From: Mobula hypostoma
Taxonomy: Eukaryota
Reading direction: 5' to 3'
Assembly (NCBI RefSeq): GCF_963921235.1
Contig: NC_086108.1
Coordinates: forward strand, 27,902,001 to 27,966,000
DNA length: 64,000 nt
In this document: positions 1-12,637 of the stretch, piece by piece
How positions within the stretch are numbered: the stretch's first letter is position 1
Layout: each line of letters begins with the position of its first letter
The notes under the pieces: generated by a model
What the model was told of the DNA's origin: nothing
The model's database searches: none
Seen by the model: only the letters and a program-made list of their open reading frames with translations
Program-made: the position numbers and the translations under genes

Positions 1-299
1 TGAAATTTGTCTCTCCTATTTGCTGCATGAACTCCAGTCAGTGGGTTCTAAGCAGTCCTCAACTCCCAGACTTCAAAGACTCCCCATTTGTGCCTCTGTA
101 TCTTTTTTGCTGACTTTTCCTGTCTTATTTGTCTGGGTCCTGGAGCTTTGGAATTGCCGGATCGTAGCACTGTTGAGGTTAGCTTTTTGCTTATTTCGTT
201 CTGGGTATCACTGGTAAGACCTGCATTATTATTCATCTTTGTTTGCCCTTCAGAAGGGGAGGGTGAGCTACCTTCCTGATAACTCTTCTGCTGAAGTTT

Positions 300-900
300 C
301 TCCTCTAATACTGTTGGTTAGGGAACTCCAGGACACTGGTGTGCTCATGATTCAGGATCAGTGATATACAGTATTACCAAGTCAAAGGGAAAGTGGGGAA
401 CTTACAGATGATGGTGTTCCCATTTATTTGCTGCTCTTGTTCATGTTGATGATAGAGATTGTGAGTTTAGGTGGTGCTGTTGGAGTAGCCTGGCTGAGTA
501 AAGGCAATATATTTTGTAGATGATGCATTCTGCACTGTACACCGATGGTGAAGAGAATGAATGCTTAGTAAAATAGAAAGAGTGTCACTCAGTGGGGTTA
601 CTTTGTCCTAGATGATATCGAGCACCTTGATGGTGTTTGGAGTTGAGCTCATCCAAGCAAGTGGGGAGTATTCCATCTTGCCCCTGACTTCTGCCTTGAA
701 GATGATGGAAAGTCTTTTGGAGTGGCTCGATCTCTGGAATTTATCTGGCAGGTCCAGTACAGTTTCTCACCAATAGTGATCCCTAAGCTGTTGAGGCTGC
801 AGCACTTGGTGACAGAGATGCTATTGTATGTCAAGGTAGGAGGTTTATTACTGAATGAATGGCAACCTTGTGGCATGAATAACACTTATCACTCAGAGTA
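300..900 (-). mobile_element. Old degenerate CR1-like LINE 3' fragment
   Basis: Alignable by eye to 13640-13860 and 57110-58650 (shared gggagctccaggat...ggtgttccc blocks). The 13656-13889 copy encodes a KSWSSLPNSTVG...LQWF...HHH LINE C-terminus on the minus strand. Confidence 0.45.
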
Positions 901-1711
901 TGTGTAGTCAGTATAGTTATCTAGTTATATGTAAATTAGTAGGAATATGATTTCAACTCTGTATAGAACTCCTTCCAAGGTCTCTACAAAGGCAAAAATT
1001 AGGTCATCCTGTCACAAAAGTTTGGGCATTCTGACTACATTAACACATGGTTCTACCTGATTCCTAAATTTTAGATGTATTGTGATTTATTTAACACATA
1101 TATTTTATACAAACAGCCACATCTTCTGTCCATTCAGACAGCACAGATTTATGATGATGTATAGCATCAGTACAGTGTACCAGTGTTGCTGGTACATGCA
1201 GTGTCAGTAAGAAAGCAGCCAAGCAGCAATGAATAATGAGGGCAAATAAATACATTCAAAAATCTATGAAAAGCAAATCTAACAGTATCCAGCCAACACA
1301 AGGAAACTTGTTGCAAAGTATAATTGAAACTCAAAGCAATCTTTCCAAAAATTCCACAATCCAGGCTTTTTTGTTTAGAGGCCCATCTCAGCAGGCCAGC
1401 AAACCAATTTTGCTTAGATATCATGGACTGACCATCACCCAAGAATTGCAGAGGTATCTAATGAAAAATAATACGATTTTTAATGAAGCTGAGTATCCTG
1501 TAGCAAGGGACTCACCTCCTGACATCCTAATTGTTTTCCCATTACCTGCAAGTTCCACAAATGTTGCAGTGTATGATATACTGATATTGCATATGTTATA
1601 AGTGTGAGGTTAGAAGCCTATGAATGTGATGTAGCTATAATATGATGCACAATATGTTAGTGATAGTGTTCTATAAATGTAATTTAGTGCATTATATAAA
1701 TATGATATGTG

Positions 1712-2320
1712 AACATAAGACTATAAGGTATAATTAAGCCATTTGGCCCATCGAATCTGCTCCACCATTTCATCATGGCTGATCCATTTGCTCTCTCTGC
1801 CACAATCTCCTGCCTTGTCCCCATATCCCTTCATGCCCTGTCTAATCAAGAATCTATCAACATCTGCCTTAAATATACCCAATGACTTCACCTCCACAGC
1901 CACCTGCGGCAATGAATTCCACAGATTCAGCACTATCTAATAAAGAAGTTACTCCTCATCTCCATTCTAAAAGGATGCCCTTCTATTCTGAGGCTGTGTC
2001 CTCTGGTCTTAGACTCTCCCACCTTAGGAAACGTCCTCTCCACATCTACTCTATTGAGGCCTTTCAACATTCAATAGATTTCAATGAGGTCACTCTTCAT
2101 TCTTCTGAATTCCAATGAGTACAGGCACACAGCCATCAAACACTCTTCATATGACAAACCTTTCAATCCTGGAATAATTTTCGTGAACCTCCTTTGAGCC
2201 TTCTCCAATGTCAGCACATTCTTTCTTAGATAACAGACCCAAAACTGCTCACGATATCCAAGTGAGGCCTCACCTGTGCTTTATAAAGCCTAAACATTGC
2301 ATCCATGCTTTTATATTCTC
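1712..2320 (-). mobile_element. CR1 LINE 3' end fragment
   Basis: Minus ORF 1721-1933 NLWNSLPQVAVEVKSLGIFKADVDRFL...MKGYG is the CR1 ORF2 C-terminus. Closely similar to 34160-34690. Confidence 0.85.
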
Positions 2321-2764
2321 TGCTGTATAAGAATGGAATACATTATAAAATCTATTTTAACAAAGCTATGATGGCAATAGAGAGCAGCTTCTTCGAGCTC
2401 ATCTGCAGAAACAGTTTAATTTCTACCGTTAATGTCTTTCTTCTTCCTTTACAAGTTGGATGGGTTCGGTCGAAGACCCTGACTTACAACTGCACTCAGA
2501 CGTCAGCTCTTTACAGTAATGGTTCCCGCTCTCAGGTCTCACTGAACGGCTGTTTTTCAATATCCCAACGACGGGGCCTAAGAGATAAGCACACCTTCAA
2601 TGTTCCAAGGCTTTGTGGCCCTGAAAATGAGTAGATTCTATGCCAATGTTATTGACTGAAGCATTGCCAGAGAAAACAGAGTATCGGGAACAGTGGATCA
2701 GCTGTCAGAGGCCTTTGTACTTGGATCACTCTCTCACTCTCTCCTTCTCTTGTTGGTGGGGGAG

Positions 2765-3791
2765 AAGGCAGGTCATATTCTGCATGGAGGTCGGTGACCA
2801 GTGGTGTGCCTCAGGGATCTGTTCTGGGACCCCTACTCTTCATGATTTTTATTAATGACTTGGATGAGGAAGTGGAGGGATAGGTTAATAAATTTGCTGA
2901 TGTCACAAAGGTGGGGGATGTTGAGGATAGTGTGGAGGGCTCCCAGAGGGACAATGATAGGATGCAAAACTGGGCTGAGAAGCGGCAGATGGAGTTCAAC
3001 CCAGATAACTGTGAGGTGGTTCATTTTGGTAGGTCAAATATGATGGCAGAATATAGCATCAATGGTAAGACTCTTGGCAGTGTGGAGGATCAGAGGGATC
3101 TTGGGGTTTGAGTCCATAGGACACTGAAAGCTGCTACACAGGTTGACTCTGTGGTTAAGAAGCCATACTGTGAATTGGCCTTCGTCAACAGTGGGATTGA
3201 GTTTAAAAGCCGAGAAGTAATGTTGCAGCTATGTAGGACCCTGTTCAGACCCCACTTGAAGTACTGTGCTCAGTTCTGGTCACCTCACTACAGGAAGGAT
3301 GTGGAACTCACAGAAAGGGTGCAGAGAAAATTTACAAGGAAGTTGCCTGGATTGGGGAGCATGCCTTATGAGAATAGGTTGAGTGAACTCAGCCTTTCCT
3401 CCTTGGAGCGACGGAGGATGAGAGGTGACCTGACAGAGGTGTACAAGATAATGAGAGGCATTGATCATGTGGATAGTCAGAGGCTTTTTCCCAGGGCTGA
3501 AACGGCTGGCACGAGAGGGCATAGTTTCAAAGTGTTTGGAAGTAGGTACAGAGGAAATGTCAGGGGTAAGTTTTTTCACACAGAGAGCGGTGAGTGTGTG
3601 GAATGGGCTCCCGGCAGCGGTGGTGGAGGTAGAAATGATAGGGACTTTTAAGAGACTTCTGGATAGGTACATGGAGCTTAGAAAAATAGAGGGCTATGGG
3701 TAAGCCTAGGTAGTTCCAAGGTAAGGACATGTTCGGCACAGCTTTGTGGGCCAAAGGGCCTGGATTGTGCTGTAGGTTTTCTATGTTTCTA
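2765..3791 (+). mobile_element. CR1 LINE, 5'-truncated (RT C-half plus 3' UTR)
   Basis: Motifs [58 protein letters not shown]; frameshifts and stops; ends in a ttctatgtttcta tail. Confidence 0.92.
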
Positions 3792-3849
3792 ATTTGTTGT
3801 CAATTCTCAAGTTGGAGAACTTGGAGAAAAAAAGCGAAGAGGCAGACTT

Positions 3850-4250
3850 TAATATCATAAATTAGCGAGTGTATTTTTCTCTCGTTAGTCTCCCTTCTTG
3901 CTGAGTGGACGCCTCTCTTCTCCTTTTATTCGGGAGAGAGAGAGCTGTGGTGTGTCGAATGGTTGAGTGAATAATTAGTTTTTGTTGTACTGCAGATCAT
4001 GGTCTTTCTTGGGTGCCCTGCTATTGCTTACTTGGTGGGTGGAGGGTGCTGAAGTAAGTGGGTCGATGCTTTGTTGCGGCTTGTGTATGGAAGGGGGGAG
4101 TGGGGGGTTTGGGGTTTTAACTTTTTTTATTGTCACTCATTCTTTGGGATATTCTTCCATTTTCTTGCCTGTCTGTGAAGAACAAGAATTTCAGGTTATA
4201 CATTGTATACATTCTCTAATATTAAATGGAACTATTGAACTATTGAATTA
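3850..4250 (+). mobile_element. Non-coding interspersed repeat with LINE-type 3' tail
   Basis: Ends in attaaa plus (gaactatt)n tail. The 3' part resembles 61860-61960 and 50440-50516. Family not named. Confidence 0.45.
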
Positions 4251-5067
4251 TTATCTACTATATATTATACCAGTATAAACTGCACCTTATCGTGCATGAT
4301 TTAAATGGAGTATATAATGGATGAGTAATATCATTCTAGTATCATTTATCATTTGGAGATAATGGGTGTTTATTTGTGATTTAAAATTGTTTTGTTTTGC
4401 TCATTTGTAATTTTAATTGTATTATTTTTAAATAGTTTTGGAATGTTGCTTTCAGAAACATTCAATATTTTGGTAGACAGATAATCCAGATGGAATAACA
4501 AGTTTTTTTTAGAGAAAGTTTTCTGGCCAGGGCTTGTTCTACTCCCTGCTACTCATGCAATGGTCTAAACAAGCAGTAAACCTTAATCACACCAAGTGTC
4601 GAGTCTTTGAGGATTGAGCTACTTGATTGTGCACATTTTCACTAGGGGCTCAAGATAATGTTCCTAAGTGGAACACTAGTATTTCATTCATAAATCTAGG
4701 TCAACAGGTTCATGATAAAAGAAGGTGCTTTATAACTTTAAAATCAAGAATGTAAATAGGTTAGTTAGGAAATTGAAGTTTAATTATTACTTTGCAATTT
4801 GAATTCAAATTCTCATCTCCATCTTTAGTTTTGTTTGCAAATGCTAGGATAAAATATACCTTTGATTGTCATTTCAGGAAATGACAAAAGGACTTAATTT
4901 TATATTGCTATCTCTCTTCTTTTTATTTGAAGTCCCGGGACTAAATTCAACATGGGCCAAATAATATAATTCATGTACCACAACAAAAATACTAATGAGC
5001 AATCTTACAGCATTTTCAAGACAATAATGTATTCCTAGCATTCTACAGAGATATTATCACATAGATA

Positions 5068-5514
5068 TGTTATGAAACTGTTAGAGTGTATTCTGGAGTT
5101 AGGGTATATAGCTAATGTTAATTTCTCCAGCAACCAGTCTTCAGATTTGAATGTGGATTGTAGACTGGATGTAAAACACAGCTCAGAAAAACTAGACCTC
5201 AGACGCCTGTACATGCAGGAATGTGGCCTAGAATAAGTGGCGATTAACATTCATTTTGGGTGTCTGGAGTGTGGGTGCAAAGAAAGAGGTGTGTGAAGAC
5301 TATATGTAAGCCAAAGAAAGCATTGTGGGCACATTGTAACTATAGAATTGTCCTGCTGTTCCTTTTGATCTTTAGCATATTGAAATATCATGTAATATTG
5401 GGTTGGGAGGCCTCTTCTTACAAGAGTGTCTCGAATAGCTGCTCATCGTGCTGAATAAACTTCCATATCCACCAGCTTCAGTGTGTCTCCAGTGACTTTG
5501 TTCATGTTACAACA
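5068..5514 (+). mobile_element. Putative solo LTR
   Basis: TGTTA start (5068 or 5079) and ACAACA end (5514), TATAT box about 5301, AATAAA at 5454. TSD is imperfect (aaac/gaac if the start is 5079). Confidence 0.45.
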
Positions 5515-7899
5515 GAACACTTAGAAATTAGAAATGTGTGTGAGGCCAGAATTGAAGGTGCAGAAAGATCTTGGGCTGTTACAGGGCTTGAACAGGTTAC
5601 AGAAATACAGATTTCACGTCTCATGCCGGTGATAATAAACCTGATTCTGATTCTGAAACACATCAAAGGTATTGAAGAAATTTGAGAATAAAGACAGGAA
5701 TTTTAAAACTGAGTTGTGCCAAACCAGGGTTAATGCAGATCAGTGAACACCTTTGGTTGACCCTGTAGAAACTGCTGCAATCGGAACAAACGGTTGTTCT
5801 AAGATAGCAGAATTGATCATAGTCCAAAGCATTGTGTTTAATTATAAGCATCATATGGGCTCATTCAAATATGTATTCAGCATATAAGATATGATTTTAA
5901 AATAACAGATGACACATTGTCACTTTTCTTCGAAGCCACTTAAATTTATATGATCCTGTTCCCCTTGTAAAACCATTGCGGGACCCATGTTTTTTCAAAG
6001 CAGCAAGTCTGTTGAAAGATTTTGAAGGCATTGTTCAAGCCAGCTAGCTTCATCTCGAGTCAAACAGAAAGAAAATACAATACAATAATATTGCTTAATT
6101 TAGTGCAACAGTCATGAATCATTTGCTGCTGTTGCTGTCCCTCTCTCTGAAGGGCTAGAAACACTTAATGGCCAATGCAAAAAATCTATCTTATTTTGTT
6201 GCAGTAATCCAATTCTTCTTATACTGTTTAGTACATCCATTTGGTGGTTTAAACCTGAAATAATGTGAGTTGCGGATTTATTCACCCAAGACACAGAGAA
6301 ATCTGTGCAATCATGTGCAAGCATGAGCAGGTGAAATGATAGGTTGCTCTGCTTATTCGCTGGCCACAATCCAAAGATGCCGAGATCGCTCGGCAAGTAA
6401 AGGGAATGTCTGGAACAGAGGGAACTGATGACAGCAAAGAAAGCAGAGCATCTCTGGGGTGCAAATACTGCAGTAAGACTTCAACAATATAGCATAGAGT
6501 TGGAATAAAATATCATACTCAGCACAGTAAACTAAATTTAACAAAGATGGAGCATTCATAGACCTGTGTGATGTGGAAGGATGGCAAGAGCAGTGAGGTT
6601 TGATGTAATGTCTGGCACCCTAGATTCATAATAATCATGGTACTGGGCAGCCTAATGCTGAGCAACTCAGGCTGGTATATTGCTGAAGAGCAGCATACGT
6701 GTAAACCTGGCAGTACCAGCTCTGGGTTGTGCAGTGTGAGGCAGTGTAAGGCTGTGTAACGTTGGGCTGCACCAAGCTGTTCTGCTGGCACCCAAAGCAA
6801 TGGTGTTTGTAACTCATGCTCAATCACCTTTGAGTGTTGTTGTGGCTGGCAAGCAACACATTATCACACTGGCTGACAAGTTTGAAACTCTAGTCAATTA
6901 ATCGGACCATTTGGGGACAGGGCGAATGTTGTCTCATTCCAAAGACCGTGGCAGTGATTGAGTCAAAAATGAGATGATGACAAACACCGAGAGTCAGATT
7001 TCACACAGGATGACAGCCCATTAGTTGAAACAAGTCTACTTACACTGTGTGCCAGGGAGAAATTTATGTTCTGTGAAATAAAAAATGGCATAAATTTACA
7101 CCTCAGCTTTCTTTGTAGATTGGGTTATTTAAGATGAAAAATCACCAGCAAATGAAGCAGCTGAGACAAAGCCTCTTCGCAGAGTCCTGCCGCAACACAT
7201 TTCAAAGACAATAACTCAGCTTCTAACAGTTTTCTTACCAATGAAGATTTCTGAAGCATTTTTTTTCTCTCCATTTGCCCGGAGTGTCAAACAGATGAGT
7301 ACAAGTAATGAAAAATAATACTGGAAGCCTTAGAGAACTGAAATTCAAATTCAGCTTATGAGAGCAGAGATGGACTGTTAAGAAATGCATTTTGATTATT
7401 AATTGGACTCCCAGCTTCAATCCACCCTTGAGTCTGTGGGAGTACTTCAATCAGCGACCATTAAAAATATTTATCAATCTGTGATTAAAATGAATTAGCT
7501 ACTGAAGAGGCATTAATCTCAGATGGAAACTTTGCTTTTGGAATAAAATACCTAGATTGGTGGGGGGGGGGGGAGGTGGTAAGAAGGGGAAAAGCTCATC
7601 ATACAAATTAAATCAAGCCTGGAGAAAAGAGATAAATCATGTCACGGTGATGCTGAGCCTGGGTTCAGAGTGCCTGTGGGGTATTGGAAGGTGGAACAGA
7701 GGCTGATGTAGTAAGGAGATTTATGGCATGAGGGTGCTGGCAACAAGTGCACCACAGAATGCAAATGCCTTCAGAAGAAAGAGGAGGAAGGTGCAGGAAG
7801 CGTATTGCTTGGTATATCCAGAAGAAGCAACAAGAAATCTGGTTTCAACAGGGGATGTCAACATCCGTATCCACAAGCAGAGAGAAGTTGTGACATGCA

Positions 7900-8173
7900 T
7901 GGGGCGGCACAGTAACGTAGTGATTAGCACAATGCTTTACAGTACCGGTGACCCAGGTTCAATTCCCGCCACTGCCTGTAAGGAGTCTGTGTTTTCCCCA
8001 TGACCACGTGGATTTCCTCCAGGTACTTCGGTTTCCTCCCACAGTCCAAAGACATACCAGTTAGGAAGTTAATTGGTCATTGTAAATTGTCCGATGATTA
8101 GGTTAGAATTAAATTGGGGGTGGCGTCGCTAGTAGGACCTATTCTGCACACTGTATGTCAATAAATAAATAAA
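7900..8173 (+). mobile_element. tRNA-derived V-SINE (HE1-like)
   Basis: A-box-like tagtgattag, B box ggttcaattcc, V-domain ggtttcctcccacagtccaaagac, (ataa)n tail. Confidence 0.85.
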
Positions 8174-8369
8174 CTAGGAAGTGTAAGTATAGTAGCTGTT
8201 TCATGAGCGCATCACATTACCATGCCCTCTATTAATTCATATCTTTGGCACAAAAAATTCCCACATGGAAAGAGATAAAACAAGGCTGAAAAAAAAAGTG
8301 GCCAATTCAAGAGAATCCCGGGAATTATTTTTCCTTCCGACACTACTCAATATTTGACTGAAAAGGTAA

Positions 8370-9385
8370 CATGTTTTAATGACTGTTAAAGATTTGACAT
8401 CCACCGTCATGAAATACTTTGAGAGGCCGGCGAAGGCACACTGCCGTTGAACCAGGTCCACGGCAGACACCGTCCCCCTAGTCCTACACTGATTTTTGAA
8501 AAACAAAGACTCTTATTTTTTGACTACATCTCCAACTCTAATACCATAATTCCAACAAACTCATTTCCAAACTGCCAGACATAGGACTCGGCTCCTCTCT
8601 TTACAACTGGAACCTTAACATCCTGACCGACAGACTTCATTCAGTAAGGATAGGCAGCAACACCTCAGGACTGGTACCACATGAGGCTCTATCCTCAGTG
8701 CTGTCCTTTACTCCTCATACATTCATAGGTAAGAGGTCAGATTCTGTTCGAACTCCATCTACAAGTTTGCAGGTGACCATAGTGGGCCAGATCTCAAACA
8801 GCAATCAGACAAAGCACAGGAAAGATAGAGGGAGCCTAGTGATATGGTGACATGCCAACATTCTTTCCCTCAATATCAGCAAAACAAAAGAGCAGATCAT
8901 TGCCTTCAGGAAATGGGCCAGAATGTATGCCCTCAATGTATCAATGGTGCTGAGGCAGAGATGATCGAGTGCTTCAAGTTCCTATGTGTTATCATCCTCA
9001 ATACCATCTCCTGGTTCAATCATATAAATGCTGTGCCAAGAAAGCACACTAGTATCTCCGCTTCTTCAGAAATCTAAGGAAATTTGCCATTACCAGTAGA
9101 CCATCATCAACTAATCTAGATGCATGACAGAAAGCATCTTATCTGGATGCTTCACGGCTTAGTGTGCTCTGCCCTAGACTGCAAGAAACTGTATTGTGTT
9201 ATGGCTGCAGCTCAGCCCATCACTGAAACTAGCCTCCCCTTCATGGACTCTGCTTACACTTTCTGCTGCCTTGGGAAAGCAGCCAACATAATCAAACTTC
9301 CCTTCCAACCCAGCCATTCCCTTCTCCCCTCTTCAATCAGGTAAAAAGTACAAATGCTTGAAAACATGCCCACCAACTCAAGGCC
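8370..9385 (+). mobile_element. Degenerate Rex1/Babar-like LINE RT fragment
   Basis: Decayed motifs LTSTVMKYFER, NTIIPTNSFP, YKFAGD, SKTKE..ID, FKFLCV; homologous to 47981-49625. Confidence 0.75.
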
Positions 9386-10183
9386 CACATTGGTGACAGC
9401 ATGCTCGTAAGACTTTGGAAAACTATGAGGGATAATGACTCATACCCATCTTAAATTCATGGCTCTAGATCAGTGTCAGGTGCACTAAGAAGTACAGACT
9501 ATCTAAAAACACTCTGGAAATAAAAAACTATATCCATTAAACGATGAGTCGTAACTCTAACAGGAACTGTCCCTTACCTCACTTAAATTATGAAAGTGAT
9601 ATCCCAATAGAACAAGACAGAAAATATTTTTACTCTTTTTCACCTCTGGAAAGACAAGGGGATACAGATAGATTTTCTCTGTAGGAAAATGAATTAAGGT
9701 GCTCTCTGCTCTATACCAATTAGACACAACTTCAGTGTCTGAGATATTTCAGTTGCTGTTGCCATTAATTTCTCGAGCAGGTTTACATTGCTCAGTTACC
9801 TCACATACTTCAGTCATTTTAATCATAACTGGTCAAACTGAGAATTAGAAGTACATAGGTGTCCCTCACTCTTACCACGTGTAATACACCAAACCTGTAT
9901 AAAGAGCTGATCAAGAGTTCTCAGATCTTGGGCATAAGTGTGAGCCCTGACAGGGATGGGAATGAAGCCAAGACTGCAAATAACATCAGTTGAGTTGGAT
10001 TTTGCTTGGATGTCAATGTTGATTCACAGGCAGACAGGAAGAGAATTGTATCTTTTTTAGGAAAAGTTACCTTTGCAAATTTTAGGGATCTTGAAAAGGC
10101 AGATAATTTGGCTAACTAACAGAGTTTCCTTTCTGCAATGTGCTGGATATGTGCAAAAATAATGATGTATTAGCGTTTCGTTT

Positions 10184-11283
10184 AACACACACAAAAAATG
10201 CTAGTGAACACAGCAGGCCAGGCGGCATCTCTAGGAAGAGGTACAGTCGACGTTTCGGACCGAGACCCTTCGTCAGGACTAACGGAAAAAAGAGATAGTA
10301 AGAGATTTGAAAGTGGGAGGGGGAGGGGGAGATCCAAAATGATAGGAGAAGACAGGAGGGGGAGGGATAGAGCTAGGAGCTGGACAGGTGATTGGCAAAA
10401 GGGCTACAAGGCTGGAGAAGGGGGAGTATCATGGGACGGAAGGCCTTGGAAGAAAGAAAGGGGGAAGGGAGCACCAGAGGAAGATGGAGAACAGGCAAGG
10501 AGTTATTGTGAGAAGGAAAGAGAGAAAAGAAAATAAATAAATAAACAAACAAACAAACAAATAAACAAATAAATAATAAATAAGGGATGGGGTAAGAAGG
10601 GAAGGCGGAGCATTAACGGAAGTTAGAGAAATTAATGTTCATGCCATCAGGTAGGAGGCTACCCAGACGGAATATAAGGTGGTGCTCCTCCAACCTCAGT
10701 GTGGTTTCATCTTGACAGTAGAGGAGGCCGTGGATAGACATGTCAGAATGGGAATGGGACATGGAATTAAAATGTGCGGCCACTGGGAGACCCTGCTTCC
10801 TCTGGCGGACAGAGCGTAGGTGTTCAGCGAAGCGGTCTCCCAATCTGTGTTGGGTCTCATCAATATATAGAAGGCCACACCGAGAGCACCGGACACAGTG
10901 TATCGCACCAGCAGACTCAATGTGAAGTGTCACCTCACCTGGAAGGACTGTCAGGGGCCCTGAATAGTGGTGAGGGAGGAAGTGTAAGGGCATGTGTAGC
11001 ACTTGTTCCGCTTACAAGGATAAGTGCCGGGAGGGAGATCAGTGGGAAGGGATGGGGGGGACGAACAGACAAGAAAGTCGCATAGGGAGTGATCCCTGCA
11101 GAAAGCAGAAATTGTGGGGGAGGGAAAGATGTGCTTAGTGGTGGGATCCCGTTGGAGGTGGCAGAAGTTATGGAGAATTATATGTTGGACATGAAGGCTG
11201 GTGGGGTGGTAGGTGAGAACAAGAGGAACTGTATCCCTAGTGGAGTGGCGGGAGATGGGGTGAGAGCAGGCGTGCATGAAATG
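10184..11283 (-). mobile_element. Penelope-like element, 5'-truncated (GIY-YIG endonuclease end plus terminal repeat)
   Basis: Minus ORF 10613-11002 IHCVRCSRCGLLYIDET.HRLGDRFAEH...PVAAHFN...RLEEHHLIFRLGSL.PDGMN is the PLE GIY-YIG domain. Upstream VPLVLTYHP and PGTYPCKRNKCYTC motifs. Near-identical family copy at 23559-24372. Confidence 0.92.
10245..10280 (-). ncRNA. Minimal type-I hammerhead ribozyme motif in Penelope terminal repeat
   Basis: Minus strand reads AGTC-CTGACGA-AGGGTCTCGGTCC-GAAA-CGTC-GACT: stem I AGTC/GACT, CUGANGA core, stem II, GAAA, palindromic ACGT in place of stem III, GUC cleavage triplet. Confidence 0.75.
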
Positions 11284-11779
11284 TTTTGTTGTTCCTTTCT
11301 GATAGTGAATGACCTCTATGATGTTGGATGTGTTTTCTTTACCTTTCGGTTCCTATGATTTCTTTTGGCACTTTCAGAAACATTGCTTCCTGTTCTGCTG
11401 TTATTTCTATTAGATTCTTTCATTGATCACTGTTATTAGCTCAATAGTGTTGGGTGTATCAGCACAATACCTTGGTGATTGCCCTCTCTTTATCATTCAT
11501 ATCAAGCTGTAATAATTCATCGTTAGTCTCTACATGCTCACCATGCCATTTCTAAAGGTTCCAGCTCATTTAAAAGTTTATCTGCCACATAAATATTCTG
11601 AGATTTCTTACTCTCAATACTAATATTCTGATATTCTGGCTTGGAAACTCAGTCACAGAATACTTGCTTTTTGAACACTATCTGGAGGAAAAACTCAGTA
11701 TTTGCATTTCTTTGCTCAGACCCAGTAAAGCAGCAAGCCCCATGCAGTGATGTAACTGGCATTTCTGTGGATGTACATA

Positions 11780-12590
11780 AGCAATAGGCAATTTATTTAT
11801 TATTGTCACAGTTACCAAGATACAGTGAAAAACTTTGTTTTGCTTGAAATCCATACAGATCATTTCAAAATTACTTCGAGGAAGTACAAGGAAGAAATAA
11901 TAACGTAAGGTGGAACATGATGTTTCAGTTACATTGAAAGGGCAGTGCAGGTGGACAATAAGGTGCAACGGCCATGCTGAAATAGATTATGAAGTCCATT
12001 CAAGAGTCTTTTAACAACAGTATAGAAGCTATCCTTGAGCCTGGTGGTACTTGTATTTACTCTTATGCATTTTATTTATTTATTTATTGAGATACAGTGC
12101 AGAATAGGCCCTTTTGGTGTTTTGAGACATACTGCCCAGCAATCCCCTGATCTAATCACGGGACAATTTACAATGACCAATTAACCTACCAGCTGTATAG
12201 CTTTGGACTGTGGGAGGAGACTGGAGCAGCTGCAGGAAACCCACATGGTCACAGGGAGAATGCACAAACTCCATACAGACAGCAGCGGGTTCTTCTGCCT
12301 TACGGGGGGTGGGGTAGGGAGAGGGAGAATGCCTAGCGTGGAAGGGGTCTTTAGTTATGTTAGTTGCTTTCCCAAGACGGCAATAAGTGCAAACAGTCCA
12401 TGAAGAGGAGATTTCTGATGGATTGACCAATGTTCATAAATCACTGCAATTTCTGGCAATCTTTGACAAAGCAGCTGCCACTCTAAGCTGTGATGCATCC
12501 AGGTAGGATGCTTTCTGTGCAACTATAAAAAATTTGTTGAGGATCAATGAATTTCCTTAGCCATCTGAGGGAGTAGAGACACTGGTGTGC
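11780..12590 (-). mobile_element. Degenerate Rex1-like LINE 3' end, interrupted by a V-SINE
   Basis: Reverse-complement similarity to 30170-30795 and 8900-9385; tail tttatt at about 11795. Confidence 0.6.
12070..12288 (-). mobile_element. V-SINE (HE1-like), 5'-truncated
   Basis: Reverse complement of the 7900-8173 family: (ttta)n tail, acaatttacaatgaccaattaacc, ctttggactgtgggagg. Confidence 0.8.
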
Positions 12591-12637
12591 TGTCAATATG
12601 CAGACAATCCCACTGCAACCTCCCACTGGGTCACATA

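Noticed and set aside
2488..2620. Selenoprotein exon (one frame has a single in-frame TGA)
   Set aside because: The peptide resembles no selenoprotein I know and no SECIS is evident; a single TGA is expected by chance.
7900..7975. tRNA gene
   Set aside because: The A and B boxes belong to a SINE head followed by a V-domain and tail; no full cloverleaf.
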